Shown: one piece after another, positions 1-16,650 of the stretch
Layout: each line of letters opens with the position of its first letter
How positions within the stretch are numbered: position 1 is the first letter of the stretch
Assembly: GCA_951406725.2 (NCBI GenBank)
Contig: OX597841.1
Span: 20,336,001 to 20,400,000, forward strand
Length of the DNA: 64,000 nucleotides
Origin: Octopus vulgaris
Lineage: Eukaryota
Reading direction: 5' to 3'
The notes under the pieces: model-generated
What the model saw: only the letters and a program-made list of their open reading frames with translations
The model's database searches: none
What the model was told of the DNA's origin: nothing
Made by a program: the position numbers and the translations under genes

Positions 1-1690
1 CTCCAGGATCTTCCAGATGTATATTATGGCATATCTTTCCCGCCTACGCTCCAGGGAATATAATTTTAATCTCTTGAGTCTTTCCCAGTAGCTTACATTC
101 TGCATAGAGGCTATCTTCTTTGTGTAGCTTCGTTGGATCGCCTCAAGTTCTGTGATCAACTTGACACTGGATGGTGACCATAGCTGAGAGCAATAGTCAA
201 AGTGGCTTAGGACAAGTGTCTTCCAGAGGACCATCATGGTTTCTTGTTCTCTTGTTCTAAAGGTTCTAAGAATCCATCCAGCCAGCCGTCTACATTTCAT
301 TGTCAGTTTAGCAACATGTACATGAAAGGTCGCGTCATCACTCATGTGAATACCCAGGTCACGCACTGATTGTGCCTCTGGGATTGCAATCCCTCCGGGT
401 CCAGTGTATTCATTGGGTATTGCATTCAGTTTTGCATGCTGATAGTATAAAGCTTGAAACTTTCCAGCATTGAACTGCATGCTATTCTTTTCAGCCCACT
501 TGTATATTTCGTCCAGCTCACATTGCAGGTGTTTAGTGTCCTCAGGGTTCTGTATTGCCTGTGAAACTTTTGTATCATCTGCATAACTTGTGATCGTGGC
601 TCTCTGCGTGGCTGAGGGCATGTCTGAGAGGGCCATTATGAACAGTAGTGGTCCCAGAACAGTGCCCTGCGGAACACCGCTCACTATTTGTGTGTTAATG
701 GAGGTGGCCCCATTGGCTACTACCACCTGACTTCTATCCTTCAGAAAGTCATGAAGCCATTCTCCCAGTTTTCCAACTATGTTGAGATCACGCAGTTTGT
801 GACATATCATTCCATGATCGACTTTATCAAAGGCCTTTGCAAAGTCGAGATATATCACTTCCACATTTGAGTGGTTGAGCAGCCGTTTCAGCACCCAGTC
901 ATAGTGTTGTAGGAGCTGAGTTAAACAGCTTCTCCCTGGTCGGAAACCATGTTGGGTGTCGGGCAGCAAGTCATTCTCTTCAAGGAAGGTGATCAGCTTC
1001 CTTCTGACTATTCGTTCCATGACCTTGCTGATGTGTGAGGTCAGAGAGATAGGTCTATAGTTCTTGGCTTCCGCTCTGCTACCTCCTTTATGAATGGGGC
1101 ATATTTTACCTTCCTTCAGTTTTCCTGGAAGTTTGCCAGCTGCAAGGAAGCTCTGAAAGAGGAACTGCAGTGGTCTTGCCATGACTCTCTTACATGCTTT
1201 TAGGAGGATTGCCGGGAATCCATCGGGGCCAGTATCTGAGTCTGTTTTCATTTCATCTATAGCCTTGGTTACATCGTCTTCCTTTATATCGATGTAATCT
1301 ATCGTCGCCGCCTCTGATTTTATATCTGCAGTGGTAAAAAAGTCAGTTGGATTGGTGATTTGGAGATGCCCAAGGGGTGGAGTGAAAACACTCTTGAATT
1401 GCTCATTCAGTATTTCACTTACCCTCATTGGTTTTCCTGTAAGTGTGCCATCCTTTTCGAGGAGTGGCCCTATTCTACAGTGCACTGTAGCTGTTTCTTT
1501 GGCATACCTGTAGAAAGCTCTGGGGTTAGATTTTATGTTTTCTATAGCCCAGGCTTCTTTGTCTGCTCTTTCTTTTTCATGGGAGAGTTGCAGACATTTT
1601 TCGATTTCCAACAGTTTTATTTTTAGGCGGGACTTTTCACTGCTTTCAATCTGTTTGTTTAGGCGATTTGAAAATTTCGTACGCCGTCTC

Positions 1691-1692
<2 letters not shown>
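1..1692 (-). mobile_element. CR1/L2-group LINE ORF2 (reverse transcriptase), 5'-truncated, stop-free, runs off the window
   Basis: Manual translation from 1692 to 1 gives 564 codons with no stop: [83 protein letters not shown]. It is absent from the ORF track because no stop lies inside the window. No APE domain; the 5' end abuts the (TA)n tract. Confidence 0.95.
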
Positions 1693-6334
<4,642 letters not shown>

Positions 6335-6360
6335 ATATATATCTTGTTGTCTCTCTGCAG

Positions 6361-6695
6361 GAAGCAGAATGTGAAAAAGTTGGAATGGATGCTAAATATG
6401 CTGCTGATGCTAAAGTTGCCGATGCATCAAGATTGTTCCAGATGCAGAAGGCTGCTTTTGACATGGAAGTGAACACAAAGAAAGCTGAGGCAGAGCTGGC
6501 GTATGAACTTCAAGGTGCCAAAGAGAAACAGAAGATCAGAACTGAAGAGATTGAGATTGATGTTGTCGAGCGTCGTAAACAGATCGATGTGGAGGAGAAG
6601 GAGGTGATCAGGAAGGAGAAGGAACTGATTGGTACCGTGAAACGCCCTGCCGAAGCTCAAGCTTTCAAAGTTGAAATGCTAGCTGAAGGTCAAAG
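6361..6695 (+). CDS. FLOT2: Flotillin-2 internal exon (coiled-coil flotillin domain)
   Basis: Acceptor ctctctgcag|GAA, donor CAAAG|gtaag. EAECEKVGMDAKYAADAKVADASRLFQMQKAAFDMEVNTKKAEAELAYELQGAKEKQKIR...AEGQ matches the FLOT2 segment EAECKKEMLDVKF...LAYELQGAREQQKIR. Ends in phase 2. Confidence 0.95.
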
Positions 6696-6782
6696 GTAAG
6701 CAATTTCCCTTTTTCTCTTTTGCTTTCCTATTTTGCCTCTCATTATTTTCTTTATCTTTTTGAAGATTTGTGCGTGGATATT

Positions 6783-6821
<39 letters not shown>

Positions 6822-7029
6822 AAAGCTAAATATTGCAAACTTTCAATTATCGAGCAACTTGCAAAGATTTCATGATGCTATAGAAAGTTTCAATCTTGAC
6901 CCAAACAATCTGGGAAGATTTCAAAACAAAAGTATTTCAGGCTGCAAGTTCATTAGTGGGATTTTAATCTCATAAATCCAGTGACTGGTTCTCAGAAAGA
7001 TCAGCAGAAATTCATGATTTACTTTTAGA

Positions 7030-9304
7030 AAAACAAAATTTAGGCAATACACTTCTTTCTCAGTCCTTGAACCCCAACTCAAAGGAAACTTTCTGAAAGG
7101 GGAAGTGCAGACTGCTCTAAGGAAAATTAAACAGGAATGGTGGAATGATAGAGCAAAAGGGGCACAAGAAGCAGCTGATAGAAATGATGCCAAGGGTTTG
7201 TACTCTTAGGTTAAGGAAGTATATGGCCCAAAATCTTCTTCAATAGCTCCAGATAGAGCAGCAAATGGATGTTTGCTTCTGACTGACACCACTTCTATTC
7301 ATAAGTGCTGGGTAAAACATTTTCTGCTCTTTTGAATAGACCATCATCCGTTGACATGAAGACAATAGAAAAAATGGAACACCTTCCTATTACAGAAGAG
7401 ATGGCATTTGAACCAACTCTCCAGGGTCTGCTGGAATCTGTGCAGAAGTCTTGAAATATGAGGGTGACAAAATGTTTGAACTCTTAAATATATTAATTTG
7501 TCACTGTTGGAGAACTGAGAAAGTGCCCCAAGACTGGGTTCCATTTTAGTTTCCTTGTATAAATCGGGGCCAAAGGATCTGTGTGGTAATTTTTGTGGGA
7601 TTTTGCTTTTGTCTGTGGTTGGAAAGCCCACAGTTTGTTTGAATGTTTAACTATGTTTATAGTTCCAAATATAGTGTCTGAGTCTCAGTGTGGTTTTCGC
7701 TCCTCCAGGGGCACAGCAGATTGTATCTTTACTGTCAGACAATTACAAGAAAAGTGCATTGAACAGAATCTTGCTCCATACCATTGCTTTGTTGATTTGA
7801 GCAAAGCATTTGATTCTGTTAATTGAAACACTCTGTGGCTAATTCTCAGGAAAATAGGTTGCCCACAAAAATTTGTAAACATGATCAGGGCTTTGCATCA
7901 AGATATGAAAGCTAGAGTTAATTTTGGTGGTAGGCTCCCTGAATCTTTTGCTGTGGAAAATGGAGTAAAGCAAGGAGACCTTGATGCAGCCACCCTCTTT
8001 GCAATATACTTTGCTGTTGTGTTGTCACATGCTTTTCAAAACTCTGAGGAGGGTATTTACATAAAATATCAAACAACAGAGAATGTTTTTAATCTGACCA
8101 GACTGAAATTCAAAACAAAGGTTTTTACTTCATTCATTAGGGAACTTTTGATGATTGAGATCTTGTCAGTCATTCTGAAACAGGTCTGCAATCTCTTGTA
8201 TTTGCATTCGCTTCGGCTTGTGTTGATTTTGGTTTGACCATCGACTTGAAAAAAAAAACAGTTGTTATGCATCACCCTGTGTGTGGTGCTGTTTGTAACC
8301 CACTAAAATTTTTGCGAAGGGTAAGTTACTTGAGGTTGTTGATTCGTTCCTCTACCTTGGAATCTCTGTACAAAATGATGGAAATCTTGATACAGAAATA
8401 CAGCTGCAAGTTCAAAGGGCAGCAAAAGAATTTGGTGGCTTGGAGTCATGCATTTGGTGCCAGTGACATATAAATAGGAATACAAAACTGGCTTTTTACA
8501 AATCATTTGTCTTACCATCCCTGTTGTATTCTTGTTATGAGAGGCATTTTAATTTGTTAGAACAATTCCACCAAAAATGCCTTCATCGCATTTTAAAAAT
8601 TAAAGGGAGTTCTTTTCCTCCAAACACAGATGTCCTTGCATCTGCAGGCATCACCTCAATTAAAGCTATGATTTTGAGAAACTAATTGAGATGGTGTGGC
8701 CATATTATTCGAATGGCAGATGAACATGCTGAAACAGCTGTTTTATTGTGCGCTTGCAGAGGGGAAACGCTATCAGTGTAAACCTAAAAAAGGGCTGAAG
8801 GATGGCATGAGGACTACTATGAAGTCACTTGAAATGGATCCAGAAGATATAGAAACCCTTGCTTTGGATCGAGTTGGATGGTGAACAAAGGTGTGGAGTG
8901 GAATGAAAGCATTTGAAGAGGCCAGGATATCTAAGAGATCTAAGGAAGAATGTAACGATCAAGACCTTTTTGTGTGCACAGTCTGTGACAGACCATACCT
9001 GTCTTTTGCTGGGCTGAAATCTCATCTGTGAATGCATGGAAAACGAACCTCCACCAACTATTTGGCCTATATGTCTGTGCACACCTTTGAATGCAGTGTA
9101 TGCCAGAAGGTTATCAAATCCAATGGAGGCCTCAAAAAGTATCCACAAGAGCAGAACTTATCTGTAGATCCAAATCAGAGGTGCAATCTATGTGGGTGTC
9201 TTTCCAGAACTTTGTCTGGTTTAAAAAGCCACATCAGATGAAATGATGGTTTGAAGGTGTAGGTAGAGGAGGTGGTCAAACTCTGCATAAGGAGTAGACA
9301 ACCA

Positions 9305-9307
<3 letters not shown>
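7030..9307 (+). mobile_element. Decayed RTE-clade LINE (RT plus C-terminal C2H2 fingers)
   Basis: Fragments EWWNDRAKGAQEAADRND, KEVYGP, ESQCGFRSSRGTADCIFTVRQLQEKCIEQ, FVDLSKAFDSV, NGVKQG; many stops and frameshifts. Boundaries approximate. Confidence 0.9.
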
Positions 9308-9345
<38 letters not shown>

Positions 9346-9423
9346 AACACGTGTGTGTGCGTGAATGTATACATGTGTGTGTGTGTGTGTATATATATAT
9401 AAATATATATATATATATAGGTA

Positions 9424-10053
9424 CAGGACGTCACCAACTCTAAACAACATGAAGTACGAAAGCCACAAACGACAAGAGAAAAAAAGATTGAAAAGAGGAC
9501 AACTAACACAAAGAACAACTTTTCATCAGTTGTCAGCTGTCTATCTACTCCTCATTTCAAGCATTCAACAACAATATGAGTAAAGACAATTGCTCTCCCC
9601 CTCTCTCCTTTTCACTCTCTTGTTGCTCACACGTAACCATCATCTATCTTTCTTTTCCTATGCAACGTTCCTAGGACTGGACATCTTCTATCCTCTCTTC
9701 TGTCTTTTCTCTTTTCAAAGAAAATATTTCTTCCAGCGTTCACTATTATCCCTCTTGTTCTGGTCTAACGACCTTCCACGTTTGTTTTCGTTCAGTTTCC
9801 TTGTATGTTTCCACTGTCCTGTTTTTGTTTCCAACTTTGACCCTCCATAAAATCCAATATTTGTTTTGGAAATTATGGGAGCAACTGTCTTTGAAAACTT
9901 GAATGCTTGAAATGAGGAGTAGATAGACAACCGACAACTAATGAAGGGTCGTTCTCTGTGTTACTTGTCCTGTTTTCAATTTTTTCTCTCATTGTTTGCA
10001 TATTTAACTCACTTGTCTTTGTACTTCATGTTGTTTCCAGTTGGTGACGTCCT
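9424..10053. mobile_element. Fold-back element with ~145-bp imperfect inverted arms between microsatellites
   Basis: 9424-9568 (caggacgtcaccaactctaaacaacatgaagtac...ctatctactcctcatttcaagcattcaa) is the reverse complement of 9899-10053 (ttgaatgcttgaaatgaggagtagatag...gtacttcatgttgtttccagttggtgacgtcct). Confidence 0.85.
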
Positions 10054-10077
10054 CTGCCCATACATCTATGTATATAT

Positions 10078-10145
<68 letters not shown>

Positions 10146-10735
10146 TTTTTTTTTTTTTTGTAAATTCTCACTATATATATACACACACACACATATATGT
10201 ATATATTTGTGTTTGTGTCTCCATGTCTTCCTTAGAGAAAACTTCAAATTCTTTTAAAACTTGCATTGGCTGTGTGTATATATGTGTGTGTGTGTGGTTT
10301 CACAACTGATTGGACTGGAGCGATGGGAAATGAAGTGTTTTGCTCAAGAACACAACACACCATCTGGTCAGGGAATTGAAAGGATGATCTCGTAAAATCT
10401 CAGAAAATAATTAAAAATTCACATTTTTTATCAAATTATTTTGTTATATTTGTCTATCTATCCAAGTGACTCAAGTAAACCACCTGAATGGAGGTATTGC
10501 AAGCCACAAAAGGATGAATAGTTATGTAAATCTTGACTAGTTGGGGTTGGTTGCTCAACCATGTCGAAGATCAAGTCATGTGTGTTGTTAAGAAGTCAGT
10601 TCTTGGTTCAAACCTCCACTGCACCGTTTGGCAAGTGGCATTTGCTAACATAGCTTTGGCTTGTTCAACACCTTTAGAGTAAAATTTGGCAGATGGTAAC
10701 TGTAGAGGAATCTGTTGTGTGTGTACGTGTATGTA

Positions 10736-11996
10736 TCAGGTCATCCCATAAGTTCTGTCCAAATTTTGAATAAAGAAAACATGTGATCAAATGTTATAGT
10801 TAATTGAAATTTAATCATCAATGTACTTTCCCCGATTATCTATGACTTCCCTCCATTGATCCCATCAATATAAAACTCTTATGGTTTCAAAGCGAAGAAC
10901 TCTGAAATGTCAGTTTCGACCTCCTCCTAGCTTGCGAAAGTTATGTCCCCCAAATGATTCTGTAAACTACGAAACAAATGGTAGTCTGACGGAGTAAGGT
11001 CGGGAGAATAAGGTGGATGAGGAATTTTTTTCCCAAACAAGTTCTTTGATCTTTTGTGATGTGATCTTTGCAGTAGGGGTCACGCATTGTCCTGATGAAA
11101 CATCACTCCTTTTCAATTCACTAAAGCAGGTCTTTCTTTCTTCAAAGCTTGGTTCACACGCTCTAATTGCTGACAGTAGATTTGAACATTGATTGTTGCA
11201 TTAGGTGGTAACAATTCAAAGTGAATTACTCCTTTGCAATCCCACCAGATAGAGAGGACTTTTTTCCTATGAAGTTCCTTTCTCAGTTGTGATTGAGCTT
11301 TTTTCCTTTTACCAAGCCACTGTTTACGATGTTTAACATTTTAATAGAAGATCCATTTTTCATTGCAAGTCTATCCAAAAAGGGTGAAATGAGTTCAAGA
11401 ATGGAGAGAAGAGCAGATGTCAACTCTGGATTTGTGGTCGTTTTCAGACAATTCATGAGGCACCCATTTTCCAAGTTTAGGAACCTTTCCAAGTTGTTGA
11501 AGACGATGAACAGTTGTATGATTTGAACTAAGCTTTATTGCCAATTCTTCAACTGATAATGCAGGATTTTCTTCAAGTAATGCCTCAAGGAGCTCATCAT
11601 CAAACTGAACTGGACGTCCTGTCCGATCTTCATCTTCAAGGCTGAAATCTCCACTTCTGAATTTCGCAAACCATCTTCTACAAGTTCTTTCATTCAAGCA
11701 TTCTTTCCCATAAACTGAGTGCATGTTTCGAGTCACTTCGGTTGCAGAATTCCCTTTTTTTGTACTCATAAAGCATTATATGCTTCAAATTCTCTTTGGA
11801 TACTTCCATGTTAGAAAGGGTTTTAATCAATTAAAAATTTTAATTCTATTATTCTGTAAAATAATATTTAATTAGTTTAAATGTACACAAATGCATAAAA
11901 GTAATTTCTAATTCCATTAGATATTGTAAAAATACTATTAAATTTCATTCAATTTTCAAAAAGGTAAAATCGGACAGAACTTATGGGATGACCTGA
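10736..11996 (-). mobile_element. Full-length mariner (DD34D) transposon, defective transposase
   Basis: TIRs tcaggtcatcccataagttctgtcc / ggacagaacttatgggatgacctga, TA on both sides. Motifs CRRWFAKFRSGDFSLEDEDRTGRP, WVPHEL, HPPYSPDLTPSDYHLF. Confidence 0.95.
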
Positions 11997-13129
11997 TATT
12001 TCTCAACCATCTAGTGCATGGCACTTTGAGCAAGAACATCTTTACTTGTTGGATTGGCAATGCTTCATGAGTGAAATTTGAGAAGTGGAGACCGTATAGA
12101 AGCTGATCGTGTGTGTGTTTTTCAACCACATACTGCATTGTTGCAGTCCACTCAGCTGGCAAAAATGAGGAGTACCTACATTTCAAAGGCCCAGCCTTGT
12201 CACGCTCTGTGTCATGCTGAATCCTGCTGAGAACTATGTGGTCAAGCGGTTATGGTCAAGCAACTGACAAACAAATATAAATAAAATAATGTGAAATAAA
12301 TAAGCATTACATTTCACAAAGTAATCTGAATGCCTTCCTGTGGGGTGCTCTCAACCACTTTGGCATTAATTTCATGAAGCAGGCTGATCCGGTGATTGGA
12401 TCAATTGGAACACTCGTCGTCGTAACTGACAGAGTATCTCCTCTAGTCTGGAATTGATTATCATTATAGAAAAGAAATAACCTTGCTGCAATATTCAAAG
12501 TTGAGTTTTTTTTCGAACTGACACGGAGCAACTTCTGCCTTTTTACTTCGTGTGTAGCTTCAAAAACCGTTTTCTTCAATGACGTTCTAAATCATAATCA
12601 ATAACTAATGATCCTGGAATTTTCAGACATGCAAAGATAACCTGATATGTGTTCTTGTGTAAATTGATACGATGCGAGAAGTGCTGTAAATGTTTTGTAT
12701 TATTTTAGCCCCAAGTTCTTAGGAAAGCCTAAGCACGTGCAAGAAATGAATTTGATAGAAGGGCCGTAACTCCGTTGAATTTTGGTATCCGATAGAGCTG
12801 AATGAGTACCAACTAAGTGTTGAGTTTGGTTGTGGTGGAGGCGGGGGGGGGGAGGTCTGTGTAATTGGTTAAAAGCCTTTTGAGGTAGGAGCTAAGCATG
12901 GCTGCAGGCCACTGATTGAAACCAGTGAAAGAACAGAAATTCAGCAGGGTTGGTGTCAACTTGTGGCCATTATGATAGGATGTTCACTTAATGTAGTTGC
13001 ATTTGAGATGATTGCAAAACCAACTTTTGTGTGTAGACAAGATGGGACAGGGAGTGCCTAGGGACACGTGCTGCATAAAAGCGTACCAGTAAAGTGCCAC
13101 TAGCATAATTATCCTTCTGGACCATCTAC

Positions 13130-13460
13130 CTCTACTTCAGATGTTTGAATTTCTGGGTGAAGTTGCCCAAGCAAGCCCTCAAAATGTAAAAGTCACTTGA
13201 GAAAATTCTGACCAGCATGGCCAACATGTGCAACTTGACCCTCCACCAACATATCAATTTCAGCTTCTATGCAATTGTAGAGTCTGTTCTACTCTATGGC
13301 TGAGAATAATGGATGCTGGATGGTTGCTACACCAGAATGCTGTGTTCAGTATTTAACATGAAATATAATAAGTAAGTGACTAGCATCTATATAAGGGTGG
13401 CAGTAGGGTACGTGAGATGAGTGAGAAAATAGCTGTCAGAAGAATGAAGATAGTTAATCA
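13130..13460 (+). mobile_element. Degenerate RTE-like LINE fragment (post-RT region)
   Basis: Translates to IVESVLLYG...LDGCYTRML-like motifs. Confidence 0.55.
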
Positions 13461-13480
13461 CTGCCCCAACAGGACACACA

Positions 13481-13687
13481 TTAACCCTTTAGCATTTAAA
13501 CAGGTCATATCTGGCCCAAATATTCTACCTGTTTGATAGTTAAACTGACCAGATCTGGCATCTCACACCTATCCTACAATGTCATTTTCAAAATATACAA
13601 TTGCATCATTGAAATCTTAAAACTCTAAGACAATGCCTGAATAATTCAAAATAATGTGAATAGAGAAATCTGAATACTAAAAACTTA
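13481..13687 (+). mobile_element. piggyBac-type MITE
   Basis: Starts ttaa-ccctttagc. A second copy at 23202-23420 ends gctaaaggg-ttaa (TTAA target, CCCT TIR); a reversed copy lies at ~35520-35710. Confidence 0.7.
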
Positions 13688-14763
13688 AAACCTTGGTGCA
13701 CCACAATTCAATAGACATCTGAATGTTTATGCACCTGAGGTAACCATGCTTCCTTTCTAATGCAGGCCTTCTTCTTCTGGAGCTCAATATTGCTTCCCCT
13801 CTCAGCTGAGTCTTTGTCTTTCAAGTTAATTCATGATCTCACTGCTGTTGGTGCTATGTAAAGAGCACCCTGTACGTTCTGTAATGTTTGGCATTCAGAA
13901 GGACATCCAACCATGCCAAAGCTGGTAGCAAGGCTTGGTGCAGTTGTCTGACTGGCCAACTCCTGTTGAAGCATCTAACCTTTGCCAACATGGAAAACAG
14001 ATATTAAATTATGAGGATAAACAGAATGTGCTGTTTGCACTGCACAATGCAACAGACCGATTACACAACACAGCACAATTATAACCTATGGCACTGGGTA
14101 ACACGAATTTTGTCCATGACTGTTATTTCCTGTTTGCTGACCCCTACAAAGTATGAAAAGGGTTCATATTTCCTTCAGACTTTGCTTTTGTTACATTTAT
14201 TCAAACCCCAAACTCTCAACAAATGGCTATCATGCTCCACCACTACTCCTGCTCATCATCAGAGATACACATATTGTCAACTACTAAGGGTCATGCTCAA
14301 GTGGTTATGGTCAAGCAACTGACCAGCAAATCTGTCATACTGGGCAGACTAATGGCTATAACGATATTTCTGCTTCAGCAACTCAGCACTGAATCTGTCT
14401 GAAATGTAATGGAAAATAGGTCAGTTTCAAAACATTAACGTCCAGGTCATGGAAGCAAAGTTTGAAGGGAATAGCAGTAAATTTCCTTTGATTTCTAGAC
14501 AGAAGCAAATAGGAAATTCCACTTCCTGACCAAAGACAAAAAAAAAGAAAAGAAAATTGTAATCCGAGCCATTCCAACCTTTCCTAAATGTTTTGTATGT
14601 CAGCAATTATTTGGTTCAATGCATCCATGTTTATTGATGACAGGAGTGGAGCTCGATTTGTGGCTGAGTAATTATTTGTATGACGCAGCAAAATCCTTAC
14701 AGTTGCACAACACAAACTTACAACACGTAAGAAAGTCACTGATCAATTCTTCTTTGTTTGCAG

Positions 14764-14947
14764 GACACAGACAATGATGGCTGCCGAAGCTGAAGCACAA
14801 AGGATAAAACTAATTGGAGAAGCTGAAGCTAAAGCTATTGAGGCAGTTGGTAACTCACAGGCAGAAGAGATGGTGTTGAAGTCGGAAGCATTCAAGCTGT
14901 ATAGCAAGGCTGCTATATTGAACCTGATGTTGGAGACACTTCCAAAG
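14764..14947 (+). CDS. FLOT2: Flotillin-2 exon
   Basis: tttgtttgcag|G ACA CAG...CCA AAG|gtaag. Completes the phase-2 codon (R) and then reads TQTMMAAEAEAQRIKLIGEAEAKAIEAVG...LETLPK. Confidence 0.95.
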
Positions 14948-15139
14948 GTAAGTTTGGCAGATGGCAACTGGCACCAGTGAACCTTCTGTTTTGCTCATTT
15001 TATAAGTATATATGCAGTACAGTTTATTTGCTAACATAGTATAACAAGGACAATGTTACTGTTTTTTAGCCCCAGGAAAACATGTTTTCCTGTTGGTAAC
15101 TGACATACAGTTTGTTCCCAAATAGTATAACACTAATCT

Positions 15140-15690
15140 CAAAAAGTCTTCTTGGGAACGTGACCTGGGCATTATTGTCGACAGCAATTTGCGTTGGACA
15201 AAACACATTGCTAAAATTGCCAAGAAGGCTGAGGGTGTCTTGGCATCACTCACCAAGACCTTTGTGAGCCACTCTCCGGCTATCTATCTGCGGCTTTATA
15301 TAGCTATGGTGCGACCTCACCTGGAATATGCATCACCGGTCTGGAACCCTTATCTTGCTCGGGATATTAATCGTCTGGAAGCCGTTCAGCGACGTGCAAC
15401 CAAGAGAATACCCTCCATCAGGCATTTGCCATATTCTGAACGCCTTACTTCCCTGGGCATGGATACATTGAAACTCTGATGTCTGGCAGCTGACTTGGCA
15501 GACACCCATAAAATTATTAACTATCTTACAAACAATAACTCTGAGCACCTTTTCAAACTCCACCTGTCTAACACCCATGGACATGTTTACAAAGTCAGAA
15601 AACAGCACAGCTCCCATGACTTTCGGAAACATTTTTTCATGCTGAGAGTTGCTGAAGCATGGAACAGACTGCCGGCATGGAACAGACTGT
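15140..15690 (+). mobile_element. CR1-group LINE 3' ORF2 fragment
   Basis: ERDLGIIVDSNL, VRPHLEYASPVWNPY, LEAVQRRATK, YSERL, RKHFFMLRVAEAWNRLP. Confidence 0.9.
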
Positions 15691-16650
15691 GGAAACAGCT
15701 CCCAGATCTGGTCGCCCCCTTCTGCCATTGATGAGGCATCTGTCCATCAAGTTGAGGCTGCCATTTTGGAAGATCGACGCATAATTATTCGCCAAATAGC
15801 CCATGAGGTCAAGATTAGTACCAGGTCTGTGGAAACTATCATTCATGACCATTTGCATATGCAAAAGGTGTCTGCCAGATGGATTCCCAGGTTGCTCACG
15901 CCTTTCCAGAAGCAAGAACGCGTCGAGTGCTTGAGGGTGAATTTGGAGATGTGCCAAGAAGATGAGTCAAAATTTTTCAAAAGACTGATTACACAGGATG
16001 AAACCTGGGTCCATCATGATGATCCAGAGACCAAAGCCCAGTCAATGCAGTGGAAGCACCGTGACTCACCCCCTCCAAAGAAGGCAAGGGTGCAGCCCTC
16101 TGCTGGCAAGGTCATGCTCACAGTCTTCTGGGACCAGGACGGAGTAGTGATGACAGATTTCCTGGCAAAGGTTACCACAATTGCAGGAGCCTATTATGCT
16201 TCACTTTTGAGGAAATTAAGAGAAGTTATCAAAATCAAGAGGCGGGGCAAGATCAGCAAAGGCATCCTCCTCCTGCAGGACAACGCTCCGGTCCACAACT
16301 TGCTTGTTGCCAGATCAGAAGCACAGGCGTATGGCTATGAACTCCTCCCCCATCCCCCTACTTTCCTGACCTTGCACCCTCTGATTTTCACCTCTTCCCA
16401 GTCATGAAGTTGTTTTTGAAAGGAAAGCGTTTCCCAGATGATGCAGCCTTGATTTCTGAAGTCACGTTGAGGTTGGAGGACCAAGCTGGGTTCTTCTACA
16501 AAAACGGTCTCCAGAGCCGCATCAAACGATGGGAGAAATACGTAACTCTGGGTGGTTCCTATGTAGAAAAAGACTAATAACTGTGCTAAGTTTCGTTGCT
16601 CTATTGCTATGGGAAGTGGGTCAGGGACATTACTTATTGAACGCCCCTCG
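15676..16650 (+). mobile_element. 5'-truncated mariner (irritans-like), defective
   Basis: KVSARWIPRLL, TQDETWVHH, SMQWKH, LLQDNAPVH, HPP. The 3' TIR acttattgaacgcccctcg is followed by TA. Confidence 0.9.

Noticed and set aside
15649-16407. Functional 252-aa transposase or SETMAR-like gene
   Set aside because: Lacks the N-terminal HTH, is frameshifted at the YSPDL motif, and its N-terminus derives from an out-of-frame CR1 fragment.
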